64,000 nucleotides of DNA from positions 34,019 to 98,018 of the IMG/VR virus record IMGVR_UViG_3300005739_000002; one strand, given 5' to 3'. The translations under genes and the position numbers were made by a program. Every line of letters starts with the position of its first letter. Within the stretch, counting starts at the first letter, position 1. Of this stretch, positions 30,164 through 40,525 are shown in pieces. Below the pieces are notes generated by a model. That model was not told where the DNA came from. It searched no databases and worked only from the letters and a program-made list of their open reading frames with translations. This DNA comes from a virus.

Positions 30164-31176
30164 AAGAAAGTATTTCATCTATTTTAGATAAAGCACTGGT
30201 TTCAGTAACGGGTACTGATTGGCAATGGCCACCAATACAACAGGCTAAACCCACAATAATTAAGCCAGCTACATACAAAGAGCGCACCGCAAAAGCGAAG
30301 GGTGTGCGTTTAGTTATGTTTGTACCAGACCCACAGATTGGGTATCGTAAATATGAAGATGGAACATTAGACCCTTTTCACGACGAAGCCGCTATTGACG
30401 TACACTTTCAATTACTTGCTTATCTAGAAGAAAAATATGGCGTAGATGAAATCATCCATCTAGGTGATTACTTAGACTTACCTACTATGGGCAAATACGC
30501 TCAAGAAGAGATGTTTGCTCACACCGTACAGCCAGCTATCGAGTACGGTCATCAGCTGCTGGCTAAACAACGTGCTACCTGCCCTGATTCAAAGATTGTA
30601 TTCCTTGAAGGTAATCACGACTGCCGTATGTATAAATATATAATTATGAATGCCATGGCATCTCGCGGTATCAAACGAGCTGGCTCAGCACCAGAGGATT
30701 GGCCAGTGCTATCCCTTCCATATTTACTACATATGAAAGACCTTAAAGTTGATTACGTTGGCGCCTATCCAGCGGGAGAATATTGGGTAACTAAAACCCT
30801 GCGTGCTATTCATGGCACAAGCGTTCGTTCTAACGGCTCAACTGCTAGTGCGTATATTAATAAGAACCCACACATATCTACAGTCTTTGGCCATGTTCAC
30901 AGACAAGAAATGCAATATAAAACTGTCCACGACCAGGATGGTCCTATTCGCAGTGTGTCAGCAAGCCCAGGATGCCTATGCCGTGTCGACGGCGCTGTTC
31001 CTTCTTATGGTTCAGGGTTAACAGAGCAAGGGCGACCAGTAAAACACTGGGAAGATTGGCAACAAGGGGTAATGATTGGCTGGATAAAGCCCGATGACTC
31101 CTTTACTTTACAACCTATCCATATTATGGATGGTTGGGCCCTATACGAAGGCGTAGAGTTTAAGGCTTCTAACTAG
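30151..31176 (+). CDS. calcineurin-like metallophosphoesterase
   Basis: PDPQ, LGDYLD, EGNHD, IHG, FGHVHR. Confidence 0.9.
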   Translation: MPEVKESISSILDKALVSVTGTDWQWPPIQQAKPTIIKPATYKERTAKAKGVRLVMFVPDPQIGYRKYEDGTLDPFHDEAAIDVHFQLLAYLEEKYGVDEIIHLGDYLDLPTMGKYAQEEMFAHTVQPAIEYGHQLLAKQRATCPDSKIVFLEGNHDCRMYKYIIMNAMASRGIKRAGSAPEDWPVLSLPYLLHMKDLKVDYVGAYPAGEYWVTKTLRAIHGTSVRSNGSTASAYINKNPHISTVFGHVHRQEMQYKTVHDQDGPIRSVSASPGCLCRVDGAVPSYGSGLTEQGRPVKHWEDWQQGVMIGWIKPDDSFTLQPIHIMDGWALYEGVEFKASN

Positions 31177-31199
31177 ATTACTGGGCGTATCATTTAGGT

Positions 31200-31739
31200 A
31201 TGCCCAGCCCTAATCAAAATACACAGAACCTAGGCGCCAGTGGTCTATACGGAACGTATACCAACTATGGCGGCGGCGGTGTTCCTGTTGCTAGAAATGA
31301 ACTTGATGAACTGCGCTTGGGCGTGGGTCGTGCACCACAAGCAGAATACCCAGATGGTTATTTAGGAACTATTCGCACACGTCGCGATGACCGTGGAAGA
31401 CCTAACAGCGTATCTGAGAATGTACTCGACTCACTTAAAGTTAGAATAGGCCAGCGCTCCTATCAGCGTGGTGTTCACCGTGGTGAGCGCATTGACCAGC
31501 AGAGCTATTATTATCCAGCTGGACTAGAACCGCACTCTGGCATCCTGCGTCAAGCAGAAGCTATAAAAGATGGAAATGTATACCGCAGTCCTCGCCACGT
31601 ATTCATGGCAGACATTGCACCAGCTCCTCACCTACCAAATGATGGTAAAGCAGGTCCAACTGTACGCAGCGATTCACCAATGTATGTAAACAATGCACGT
31701 CAAGACCAGATGGCGCGTATGCGTCCACAGTGGAAGTAA
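31200..31739 (+). CDS. hypothetical protein
   Basis: leaderless TATCAT-N6-ATG; first gene of a tight operon. Confidence 0.6.
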   Translation: MPSPNQNTQNLGASGLYGTYTNYGGGGVPVARNELDELRLGVGRAPQAEYPDGYLGTIRTRRDDRGRPNSVSENVLDSLKVRIGQRSYQRGVHRGERIDQQSYYYPAGLEPHSGILRQAEAIKDGNVYRSPRHVFMADIAPAPHLPNDGKAGPTVRSDSPMYVNNARQDQMARMRPQWK

Positions 31740-31742
31740 CTT

Positions 31743-32123
31743 ATGCCAGGTAGATATTCAGACGGTACCTATGGTCGTAGGCCATGGACTGATGACGGTC
31801 GTCAGCCTTATCACACTCCAGAAGAAGCCGCGTTTCCCCCACAAGAATACCTAGGACCTTTCCAGTCTAACCAGGACCGTTTACTAAATCAGGCGATGGC
31901 TGTGTGGACGATGTCTAGCGAAGAGATTCAGGAACATGTACGCCCTAATCTTCCACAGATTAACCTATTCCCAGACCGTTACGGGTATACTGAAAATGAA
32001 CTAACCTTAGAAGATATTGTTCGCCTGCCTGCTGGTAGAGAACAGCGTGTGGAGTCAGACTACTCAAATACGCCAAACACTACACAGTCTACAAGCCGCA
32101 ACACGTTAGGCTATGGTGTCTAA
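31743..32123 (+). CDS. hypothetical protein
   Basis: tightly packed operon. Confidence 0.6.
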   Translation: MPGRYSDGTYGRRPWTDDGRQPYHTPEEAAFPPQEYLGPFQSNQDRLLNQAMAVWTMSSEEIQEHVRPNLPQINLFPDRYGYTENELTLEDIVRLPAGREQRVESDYSNTPNTTQSTSRNTLGYGV

Positions 32124-32323
32124 TGGCCCGAGATGCAGAATTTAGGAGAGAACTTCCTGGAATTAACTTGGGGAGCGGTACTCGCAAAGACAGTAATATG
32201 GAAGATTTGATAGGTAATAATGAAAAAAAGGCTTTAACATCTACACCTCATAGAGAGAGTAGAGACCCTGTAGCTGAAATGGCTGATTGGGGAGAGGCCT
32301 ATGAATATAGATATGGAGCGTAG
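32123..32323 (+). CDS. hypothetical protein
   Basis: TAATG coupling. Confidence 0.5.
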   Translation: MARDAEFRRELPGINLGSGTRKDSNMEDLIGNNEKKALTSTPHRESRDPVAEMADWGEAYEYRYGA

Positions 32324-32325
32324 TC

Positions 32326-32559
32326 GTGAGCAAAGACCCAGGATTATTTACAGATAGTACAGGCGAAGGTATGACAGGCGCTACTGATGTCCGTCTTTCT
32401 ACCCAAAAGTCCTTAAAAGATACCCTTTATAACGGCACCAGGGCCTGTAAGGCATGTGGTTCAGCCATGAACCCTGTAGAATCATTACGAGACCAGAGCG
32501 TGTGCCCTAAGTGCAACCGTATCAAGGCCTCAAAACTAGTTAAAGGACGGATGGCATAA
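32326..32559 (+). CDS. zinc-ribbon hypothetical protein
   Basis: CKAC..CPKC; SD GGAG. Confidence 0.55.
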   Translation: MSKDPGLFTDSTGEGMTGATDVRLSTQKSLKDTLYNGTRACKACGSAMNPVESLRDQSVCPKCNRIKASKLVKGRMA

Positions 32560-32768
32560 TGGCAACCAATCAATCACGTTCCCTCAATAGCGATATGACA
32601 GAGGGCGCAACAGACGGTAAGTATCGTAAGCGCCGTCCAAATACAACAGTTCAACCAGGCATGGGTGACCAGACCGTACAGGCTAACCGTGCAGGCTTGC
32701 ATCCATACATGAATTATGGTTTTATTAATTCAGAAGAGCCAAACAAGGTAAATCCAGGAGCCAACTAA
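32559..32768 (+). CDS. hypothetical protein
   Basis: TAATG coupling. Confidence 0.55.
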   Translation: MATNQSRSLNSDMTEGATDGKYRKRRPNTTVQPGMGDQTVQANRAGLHPYMNYGFINSEEPNKVNPGAN

Positions 32769-32769
32769 C

Positions 32770-33165
32770 ATGCCAATTTTTCGTAGAGATAACGACGGAC
32801 GTCGCGTTGTAAAGTTTCCAGACAAAGCAACTGCTCAGCAAACAATTAGCATGATTGCAAACTCTGGTGCATTAAGTGGTGGCGGTAGAAAGCCTAGCAA
32901 TATTGAAAGAGCTGCAACACGTTCTGAAATTAAGGACATTCAGGCAGACGCTAAAACACTTGCAGATGCAAATCCTAAGTCTTATGCGGCAAGAAATCCT
33001 GAAGGTGAACATGATATTTGGAATGACAATAAGCCTAATTTTGAAGCCACAAGAGAAGCTCAGGTTTGGCCATCAAAAGATTCACCAACAGGTAAGCCTG
33101 GTCTATCTGAGTATAAAAAAGCTCCTCCTTCAGAATCCAATAAACCTAAAGACCCCTGGGCGTAG
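32770..33165 (+). CDS. hypothetical protein
   Basis: SD AGGAG. Confidence 0.55.
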   Translation: MPIFRRDNDGRRVVKFPDKATAQQTISMIANSGALSGGGRKPSNIERAATRSEIKDIQADAKTLADANPKSYAARNPEGEHDIWNDNKPNFEATREAQVWPSKDSPTGKPGLSEYKKAPPSESNKPKDPWA

Positions 33166-33171
33166 TTTAAA

Positions 33172-33402
33172 ATGGAACCCGTAAATCGGCAGTTCCCAAA
33201 ACTTAAGGACCCAAATAAAGAGGTAGTTCCTGGTTATTTAGGTACGATAGTAGGGCATACCACACCTGAAGATATTCAAGCTTCCTACGCTCACAACGTG
33301 CATAGAAGTAATGAGATGGCTATTCTTGACCATCATGAACCAGACTTTGAAGCTGGTAAAAAAGCTGTTGCTGAGTATAGAAAACGGTATGGTTTGGACT
33401 AG
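33172..33402 (+). CDS. hypothetical protein
   Basis: operon packing. Confidence 0.5.
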   Translation: MEPVNRQFPKLKDPNKEVVPGYLGTIVGHTTPEDIQASYAHNVHRSNEMAILDHHEPDFEAGKKAVAEYRKRYGLD

Positions 33403-34034
33403 TGGGTCTAAAAGATATATCTAAAATTGTTGCCAATCAAACTGCTAGAGAAAAGCATGAGGAGGCAACAGCTGGCCTTGCCACCCCAAAAGAATCACCA
33501 AATGTTGATTTAAAACCTGGCACAAGTAGGCCTGCTAATGTAACTGGGCACCTTGGATTTAAATATGATAGTGCCAATCCTTTTCATAAAGACATGATAA
33601 AAACCCTGTTAAATAACGGGCAAATGGACAAGATAGTAATTCACGATAGTGGCGCGGTATCTATTCCAAAAGACCTTGCTTACGACGAAAGATATTCAGC
33701 CAAGTTTCAGACTGCCGCTGAAACCTCTGGTGGAGAGAAACGCTTTCAAGGAGAGGCTGCCAAGGTAAAACCTAGAAAATCAGAGACTAAGTCCGCTCCG
33801 TCCGTCAGACCTGCCCCTCCAAAAATTTCTAAACCGACAGCTGACAAAAAGGCAGTAGCCCCAGCAAATACGGCAAATAATATTAAAGAAGAAATGCGTA
33901 ATATTTTTGGTGGAGCAAACGTAAGAACTGACCCTGAAATCGCAGCCAAGCGTGCAGCTGAAAAGGCGGCCGCTGAGGCAGCCGAAAAGAAAGCTAGAGC
34001 AGCAGAGCGCAAGCGTCGACTCAGAGGAGACTAG
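33402..34034 (+). CDS. hypothetical protein with basic low-complexity C-terminus
   Basis: TAGTG coupling. Confidence 0.55.
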   Translation: MGLKDISKIVANQTAREKHEEATAGLATPKESPNVDLKPGTSRPANVTGHLGFKYDSANPFHKDMIKTLLNNGQMDKIVIHDSGAVSIPKDLAYDERYSAKFQTAAETSGGEKRFQGEAAKVKPRKSETKSAPSVRPAPPKISKPTADKKAVAPANTANNIKEEMRNIFGGANVRTDPEIAAKRAAEKAAAEAAEKKARAAERKRRLRGD

Positions 34035-34051
34035 TGTGGTAGCCTTCTCAC

Positions 34052-34615
34052 ATGGTACTTGACCTTTCTAAATTAAATCCCAAAGAGGACCCTAAAGACC
34101 GTCCTAAGGTACTGCTACTTGCCTGTTATGATTGCAAGAGCGTAGACGAAATCCCTTACGACGACCGATACCCTCACGACAATAAGCCTGGTCACGACCA
34201 GAACCGAAACCCATTTTTACATGCAATGGTGGAGCGCCACCCTAATCATCGCGGCATGCTTGCAGATGCAGACTTAGTAGTTTGGCAACATCCAGATGGC
34301 AAAAAACAGATTGTAGAGCAGTTCCAAAAGGGCGGGTCACCTGGTCTCGACGTCTTCGGCACAAACTTCTATGAGACTAAAGAAAACTATTCCGCAGATG
34401 CTATGAAGTGCTTTTCACAGCATAACCGTCCAAAAGGTCAATGCTCAGATTACAAAGCCGCTCATAAGATTTTAAAGCCAGATACTTTAAAAGAACGTAA
34501 AGATGCAGGTTTGGACCCAGCTAAAATGCCCAAGATGTATCTATGCGATTTCTGCCCAGTCAAGTCCTACAACATGATGAAGCACAACCAATCAAAGGGT
34601 CTATACACCAAATAA
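34052..34615 (+). CDS. Cys/His-containing hypothetical protein
   Basis: CYDC, C..H..C..CDFCP; leaderless TAGCCT-N6-ATG. Confidence 0.6.
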   Translation: MVLDLSKLNPKEDPKDRPKVLLLACYDCKSVDEIPYDDRYPHDNKPGHDQNRNPFLHAMVERHPNHRGMLADADLVVWQHPDGKKQIVEQFQKGGSPGLDVFGTNFYETKENYSADAMKCFSQHNRPKGQCSDYKAAHKILKPDTLKERKDAGLDPAKMPKMYLCDFCPVKSYNMMKHNQSKGLYTK

Positions 34616-34664
34616 GCCTATTACGGCCAAATGTGGCCAAACCTTAACCTAGTACACTAGACAT

Positions 34665-34949
34665 ATGCCCGTACAGCAGGGGTATACTGTATGTACAGAA
34701 CTAGGGATAGAGGTGGGCACCGTGGCGTTCATCGAAATGACGTGCAAGTGCGAAGCAAGTTTTCAGGCCGATTTAAATACTGAAACCAACGAAGGTTTAG
34801 TAATCATGTGGGCTAGCCAATTTGTAGCAGCGCATTCAGATTGTGGATTTATGGGTACTGTTAAACAAGATAAACCAGAGATTCACCGTGTTATCGACTG
34901 GGATAACGATGTTAAGTACAAAGAAAGCAACAAAAAAGATATAGAATAG
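34665..34949 (+). CDS. hypothetical protein (start uncertain)
   Basis: CKC..H..C motif. Confidence 0.5.
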   Translation: MPVQQGYTVCTELGIEVGTVAFIEMTCKCEASFQADLNTETNEGLVIMWASQFVAAHSDCGFMGTVKQDKPEIHRVIDWDNDVKYKESNKKDIE

Positions 34950-34953
34950 TCGC

Positions 34954-35886
34954 ATGGATTACTACAAAGCGCTGGCACAGCAGGCACGGCCAGTGTCCGT
35001 AGAGCCATCAGAAACGTCCTACTTTTCAGCCCCTGCGGCGGGGTTAGACCCTAGATTATTCCGAAATGGGAAGATTATCCCATCCATCAGGGCATCTATA
35101 TTAAGAATTGCATTATCTAATTTAAAACTTACCTGCACCGCCCCAGAAGCATACGTTACGCTGTGGCTAGCTGGGTCAGCTGTAAGCTACCAATGGTCAG
35201 CAGCAAGAAAACCAGCAGATTTAGATTGCTTGGTGGGTATCAACTACCTATTGTTCCGTCAGGCCAACCCTCAATATAGAAGCCTGAGCGATAAGCAGAT
35301 ATCTCAAACTTTAAACGAGGGGTTTCAAAAGGCAAATTCAGAAAACACCAATTTCATGGATGCCTTTGAACTTACATTTTATGTTAATGTACAGTCCGAT
35401 ATCAGAACCATTAAACCTTACGCAGCTTACAACCTGACGCAAGATGAGTGGACTGTTTCGCCAGAGGTACGCGGTGTTCCTAGGAACCAGATTTATGAAA
35501 GAAAGGTGGCACAAGATACGTCAATGGCTACCGAAATTTTATCTAGATATGCAGAAGCCTTATCTAATATAGGTGCGGCAACTACTGATGTTGCTCGTAG
35601 GAATGCTGAAGCTGCACTTAAGCTTGCGGTAGAACAAGGCTCCGCTTTATTTGAAGATATACATCGTGGCCGTAAATACGCATTTAGTGCCAGCGGTCAA
35701 GGGTACGCTGATATTCACAACTACCGTTGGCAGGCTGGTAAAGCTGCAGGAACTATACAAGCATTAAAAGCATTAAAAGAAATAGAAAAACAATCTAAAC
35801 AAATATTTGAGGCAGCAACGTATGGACAAGAACTACCATCTGCCGATACGCTTATCAGGAGAGCGCTATCTAACAAACGTAACTAG
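34954..35886 (+). CDS. Pol-beta-superfamily nucleotidyltransferase-like protein
   Basis: hAGS(AVSYQW)..DLD motif with downstream ELTFYV. Confidence 0.65.
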   Translation: MDYYKALAQQARPVSVEPSETSYFSAPAAGLDPRLFRNGKIIPSIRASILRIALSNLKLTCTAPEAYVTLWLAGSAVSYQWSAARKPADLDCLVGINYLLFRQANPQYRSLSDKQISQTLNEGFQKANSENTNFMDAFELTFYVNVQSDIRTIKPYAAYNLTQDEWTVSPEVRGVPRNQIYERKVAQDTSMATEILSRYAEALSNIGAATTDVARRNAEAALKLAVEQGSALFEDIHRGRKYAFSASGQGYADIHNYRWQAGKAAGTIQALKALKEIEKQSKQIFEAATYGQELPSADTLIRRALSNKRN

Positions 35887-35898
35887 GAGAACTAAGTC

Positions 35899-36369
35899 GT
35901 GGCAATACTTGTATTTATGGATGAGGTTATGCGTAACCACAAAAAGCATCCAATCGTAGAGGGCTTGGCCTTTTATAAAACTTTAAAAGAAAAGCACCGC
36001 GTACTTATCCTTTGTGAAGATAAAGATAAAGCAGACCACTGGCTTAGACAACAGCGCATTAATAATTACGACGATTTAGTAGCGCTTGAGGATGTTCCAT
36101 TTCCAGGTGACAATCCAAAACTTAGACATGTGGAGTGGGTACGTTCTCAGGGACCCGTAGAGTATGTAATTACGTCAGACCCAGACCTAGCAGTTAAACT
36201 ATTGGTCAGGGGTATAACAACTATAATGTTCCTTCACCCTATCTATACCAATGAAAACTTCCGACCAGATGGCCTAAAGCGTGGGTTCAAACCATGGGCG
36301 CAGATACAGGACGAACTAATAAGACAGCAGGACGAGTACGATAACGACCAGCGTAGAGACCGTATCTGA
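35899..36369 (+). CDS. HAD-like fold protein (degenerate)
   Basis: N-terminal ILVFMDEV, PIVEG, VEYVITSDP resemble HAD motifs I and IV. Confidence 0.45.
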   Translation: MAILVFMDEVMRNHKKHPIVEGLAFYKTLKEKHRVLILCEDKDKADHWLRQQRINNYDDLVALEDVPFPGDNPKLRHVEWVRSQGPVEYVITSDPDLAVKLLVRGITTIMFLHPIYTNENFRPDGLKRGFKPWAQIQDELIRQQDEYDNDQRRDRI

Positions 36370-37814
36370 TGCGTATTGTTTATATGGGATGTGAGGTCCC
36401 CAGCAATAGGACTTTGCTGGAAACTACAACAGCAAACCACCTTGGAGTGAGCTTTCAGGGTTTAGTACGTAGAGGCCTTCCAAAGACAAAAGAATATATA
36501 TTTGATAACTATTTCCCCAAGGATTCCTATATTTATCTATACCCAGGACTACCCCTGAATGCCAAGCTGGGCCGCCTGGAGCTAGAGGAGTTTGCAGCTG
36601 CCTATGAGCACTTTGTAGCCATAAATATAGATAGATTAACTTTATTTGCAGAACTTAATTATGGATTTGTGGACCCAGCCTTTGTAGAGCAACAGCGCAA
36701 AACAGCTTGGGCTTCAGTCCCACCTGGCAAGTTTTTACCAGTCTGGAACCCAGACTTAGGTTTAGATAACCTCAATAGGCTTATAAATAATTATTTAGAT
36801 ATAGGAATACCAGGGGCATCCATAGAGTCAGAGACCAGGCTAGCCGCCACCACCAGAACCGCCACCAAACGTCAGGGAACCAGATTCCATGCATTAGGTT
36901 GCGCCAAGCCAGATAACCTTCGTTCAATACAAGCGGAGACCGCCCACACCCTTTCATGGCTATCGCCCATGACGCATGGTGAGACAATCGTCTGGGATGG
37001 TACTAGGCTTGCTAGATACCCAAAGCGTATGAAAGAACAGGCAAGAGCCCGTTACAATCATATTTACGAGAAGGCTGGCTTGGACGCCGACCTTATCGCA
37101 GAGGATGACCCAAAAGAAGTTTGCCGTCTGGCAGTGTGGTCATATGAACGATTCGAAGAGAGGATTAACAAGGTGGGCGAGTCTTATTATCAGGATGAGG
37201 AAGGTCAGCCAAATACGGAAATTGCACCCTTGGATGCTGATAATAAGGGTATGGAAATGCGGAAACTTTCACCACGCAATCCTGATGAAATTCGCAATCT
37301 TCCAGTGTTTGGATACGATGTTAAGACAGATGTAGACGCTGATGGTGTCATCTCAGATAACACCCATGTAACTTCACAGGCAAGCACCCTACGTCAGTGC
37401 GACACCTGCTTTGTAGCGGCTAACTGCCCTGCTTTTAAACCGCAATCTATGTGTGCTTTTAAGTTACCGATAGAGGTAAAGAGTAAAGAACAACTTAAGA
37501 GTCTTATCAATGCAATCATAGAAATGCAGGGCCAAAGGGTTGCTTTCATGCGTTTTAGCGAAGAAATGAACGGTGGATATGCAGACCCTAACGTATCCCA
37601 AGAGATAGACCGCTTGTTTAAATTAATCAAAACCGTCAAGGAACTAGACGATTCCAGAGAGTTTATTCGCATGACTGTAGAGCGTCAGGGCTCGGCAGGA
37701 GTGCTATCTTCCATCTTTGGAGATAGGGCCCAAGTGCTTAAAGAACTGCCTGATGGTGGGCTTACAGAGGCAGAAACTACGGAGGTAATACGCAAAACTA
37801 TAGAAGATAAGTAG
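36369..37814 (+). CDS. hypothetical protein: TGT/DpdA-like barrel remnant plus Cys4 C-terminal domain
   Basis: FLPVW, RFHALG..TAHTLSW resemble the HxLG..SxDSxSW motif; CDTC..CP..C. Confidence 0.4.
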   Translation: MRIVYMGCEVPSNRTLLETTTANHLGVSFQGLVRRGLPKTKEYIFDNYFPKDSYIYLYPGLPLNAKLGRLELEEFAAAYEHFVAINIDRLTLFAELNYGFVDPAFVEQQRKTAWASVPPGKFLPVWNPDLGLDNLNRLINNYLDIGIPGASIESETRLAATTRTATKRQGTRFHALGCAKPDNLRSIQAETAHTLSWLSPMTHGETIVWDGTRLARYPKRMKEQARARYNHIYEKAGLDADLIAEDDPKEVCRLAVWSYERFEERINKVGESYYQDEEGQPNTEIAPLDADNKGMEMRKLSPRNPDEIRNLPVFGYDVKTDVDADGVISDNTHVTSQASTLRQCDTCFVAANCPAFKPQSMCAFKLPIEVKSKEQLKSLINAIIEMQGQRVAFMRFSEEMNGGYADPNVSQEIDRLFKLIKTVKELDDSREFIRMTVERQGSAGVLSSIFGDRAQVLKELPDGGLTEAETTEVIRKTIEDK

Positions 37815-37923
37815 TGCAACTTATCCTGATAATAACGGTACACAATATTAAAAAACACACAGTCTGAAATAGGCTGTATCTCAGAACTAGACTTATCACC
37901 TTTCGCAGAAACGGAGCAACAAG

Positions 37924-39957
37924 ATGCCATTATCTTTCAGATTTACAGAGGACTTCCTTAAGGAATATCGCAACAAGAAGGTACCTTGGGGATATAGGGA
38001 TGCGGGTGGCAACTCCGTTGGAGAAGTTACTTTCTTACGCACCTACTCTCGACTGAAAGAGGACGGCACTAAAGAGACTTGGGTAGATGTTTGCCAGCGA
38101 GTTATTGAGGGTATGTATTCCCTACAAAAAGACCACTGCAAAACCAATCGACTTCCTTGGAATGACTCCCGAGCTCAGGCTTCTGCTAAAGAGGCCTTTG
38201 ACCGCTTGTTTAATTTAAAGTGGACCCCACCAGGACGCGGTCTATGGGTTATGGGAACTCCCCTGGTCAATGAGCTCAAGAACTCTGCGGCTTTACAGAA
38301 CTGCGCCTTCGTGTCCACTGCCAGTATGACAAAGTTAGACCCCGCTAAACCATTTGCATTTTTAATGGAAGCGTCTATGTTGGGCGTAGGTGTCGGGTTT
38401 GATGACAAGGGTGCTGATAAAGACTTCACTATCTATGACCCACATCCAGATACCGACCCAATCGTCATCCCAGATACTCGAGAGGGGTGGGTTGAATCTG
38501 TAAGTTTGCTCATCAACTCCTATTTAATGCCCGATAAGAAGTCGCCTATATTTGACTATAGCGCTATCCGCCCTGCTGGTGTCCCAATTAAGACGTTTGG
38601 AGGCACGGCGGCTGGGCCAGAGCCACTGGTCAGGCTGCATGATTACATCCGTAACATATTTAAAGGTAGGGCTACTCAAAAGTTAACTAGGGTAGATATT
38701 GCGGATATAGGTAATTTAATAGGAGTCTGCGTGGTGTCTGGCAATGTGCGCCGCAGCGCTGAGCTACTCATGGGTAGATTAGACGATAAAGACTTCTTAA
38801 ATTTAAAGAACGCAAAGGTCTACCCTGAGCGTAACTCCTACGATGCATCCAACCCTGGTTGGGCCTGGATGTCTAATAATTCTGTAGAGGTTTCTGTCGG
38901 CTCTAATTTAGAAAACATAGTTGAGGGTATTGCTCTCAACGGGGAGCCTGGTGTTATCTGGATGGACGTTACTCGCAAGTACGGCCGTCTTATTGACCCG
39001 CCTAATAATAAAGACCATAGAGCCGCAGGTTATAACCCCTGCGCTGAGCAGTCCCTAGAGTCGTTTGAGTGCTGTACGTTGGTAGAAACCTACCTTAATC
39101 GTGCTGAATCTAAAGAAGATTACCTTCGTACTCTAAAGTTTGCTTATCTATATGCTAAGACTGTCACCTTGCTTCCTACTCACTGGGAAGAAACAAATGC
39201 GATTATGCAAAGGAACCGTCGTATTGGAACCTCTATGTCTGGTGTGGCTAACTTCGCTGATAGGGTTGGCATGCCTGTGCTTCGTGAGTGGATGGACGAG
39301 GGTTATCAGACAATACAAGACTACGATAAAACCTACTCTGAGTGGTTAGGTATCCGCGAATCTATTAAGACTACTACTGTAAAGCCTAGTGGCACGGTTT
39401 CTATATTAGCGGGAGAGTCTCCTGGAGTTCACTGGACTCCTGGTGGGAAGCACTTCCTTCGCGCTATCCGCTTTTCTAATGAAGACCCAATGCTACCTTT
39501 GTTTAAAGCGTCAGGTTATAAAATAGAAAAGGCTTCTGAATCACCAAAGACAACTAGCGTTGTTTATTTCCCGATTGAGAGCCAAGCCCTACGTTCAGAA
39601 AAAGATGTTTCTATATTTGAAAAGATGTCTTTAGCGGCTACCGCCCAGAGGCATTGGTCAGACAACAGCGTAAGCGTTACAGTATCCTTTAATTCAAATA
39701 CAGAAAAAGACGCCGTAGGAACCGTACTGCACATGTTTGACGGACAGCTCAAAACCGTTTCCTTCTTGCCTATGGGGAACGAGACCTATCCGCAAATGCC
39801 ATATACGCAAATAACTAAAGAAGAATACGATAAATACACATTTAAATTGCTTCCCATTGATTTTACTGATGTCTATGCGGGGATGGCCGCGGATGCTATT
39901 GGTGAGAAGTATTGCACTACAGACGCTTGTGAAGTAAGCTTTACTAAAATAGATTAG
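37924..39957 (+). CDS. nrdJ: class II (AdoCbl-dependent) ribonucleotide reductase
   Basis: PPGRGLW, ALQNCAF, GNVRRSAE, NPCAEQ, TTVKPSGTVS, C-terminal CTTDAC. Confidence 0.95.
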   Translation: MPLSFRFTEDFLKEYRNKKVPWGYRDAGGNSVGEVTFLRTYSRLKEDGTKETWVDVCQRVIEGMYSLQKDHCKTNRLPWNDSRAQASAKEAFDRLFNLKWTPPGRGLWVMGTPLVNELKNSAALQNCAFVSTASMTKLDPAKPFAFLMEASMLGVGVGFDDKGADKDFTIYDPHPDTDPIVIPDTREGWVESVSLLINSYLMPDKKSPIFDYSAIRPAGVPIKTFGGTAAGPEPLVRLHDYIRNIFKGRATQKLTRVDIADIGNLIGVCVVSGNVRRSAELLMGRLDDKDFLNLKNAKVYPERNSYDASNPGWAWMSNNSVEVSVGSNLENIVEGIALNGEPGVIWMDVTRKYGRLIDPPNNKDHRAAGYNPCAEQSLESFECCTLVETYLNRAESKEDYLRTLKFAYLYAKTVTLLPTHWEETNAIMQRNRRIGTSMSGVANFADRVGMPVLREWMDEGYQTIQDYDKTYSEWLGIRESIKTTTVKPSGTVSILAGESPGVHWTPGGKHFLRAIRFSNEDPMLPLFKASGYKIEKASESPKTTSVVYFPIESQALRSEKDVSIFEKMSLAATAQRHWSDNSVSVTVSFNSNTEKDAVGTVLHMFDGQLKTVSFLPMGNETYPQMPYTQITKEEYDKYTFKLLPIDFTDVYAGMAADAIGEKYCTTDACEVSFTKID

Positions 39958-39971
39958 GAGAAAAATTTAAT

Positions 39972-40214
39972 ATGAATCCAACAATATATACAAAACCAGA
40001 CTGCCCAGCATGCGACGCGACTAAAAAATACTTTAGTAAATACAATGTCGAGTATGTATCCGTTGATATTACGGAAAATGACGAGGCTCTAAACCTTATT
40101 AAATCTTTAGGGTATAACTACACGCCAGTAGTGGTGGTAAATGAATCTAACCATTGGCAGGGCTTTCGACCAGATAAAATTGCGTCATTAAAAACAATTA
40201 AACATGCTATTTAA
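39972..40214 (+). CDS. nrdH: NrdH-like glutaredoxin
   Basis: YTKPDCPAC.ATK, PVVV, WQGFRPDKI; follows RNR. Confidence 0.9.
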   Translation: MNPTIYTKPDCPACDATKKYFSKYNVEYVSVDITENDEALNLIKSLGYNYTPVVVVNESNHWQGFRPDKIASLKTIKHAI

Positions 40215-40476
40215 TAATAAAGCCTCTTGTGAAGGTCTTGAATCTGACATATTTTTTCCAGACGAAGCCAGTCACTATCAGTATTTATCAACAGTTAAAA
40301 AAATGTGTGATAATTGTTCAGCAAAATTAGAGTGCTTTGATTATGCTATAGAAAACGCGGTTCAGGGTATATGGGCAGGAACCACCTTTAATGAACGAGA
40401 CGCGTACAGACTAAAACATGGAATAGTCGCTAAAGGCGTTGTGCCAAATAATTTAGTTTACGACCATATCGCTTAA
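40204..40476 (+). CDS. whiB: second WhiB-family transcription factor
   Basis: C..FFP..CDNC..C..GIWAGTT..ER. Confidence 0.85.
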   Translation: MLFNNKASCEGLESDIFFPDEASHYQYLSTVKKMCDNCSAKLECFDYAIENAVQGIWAGTTFNERDAYRLKHGIVAKGVVPNNLVYDHIA

Positions 40477-40483
40477 TTAAATA

Positions 40484-40525
40484 AGAAAGCCCCACGTGTC
40501 AAAGCATAAGCACGTGGGGCTCTCT
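40484..40525. terminator. hairpin at convergence of + and - transcription units
   Basis: GAAAGCCCCACGTG..CACGTGGGGCTCTC. Confidence 0.7.

Noticed and set aside
14150-39957. Inteins or introns in DnaB, PolA, RecA, NrdJ
   Set aside because: Proteins are of normal length with contiguous motifs; no splice-junction signatures seen.
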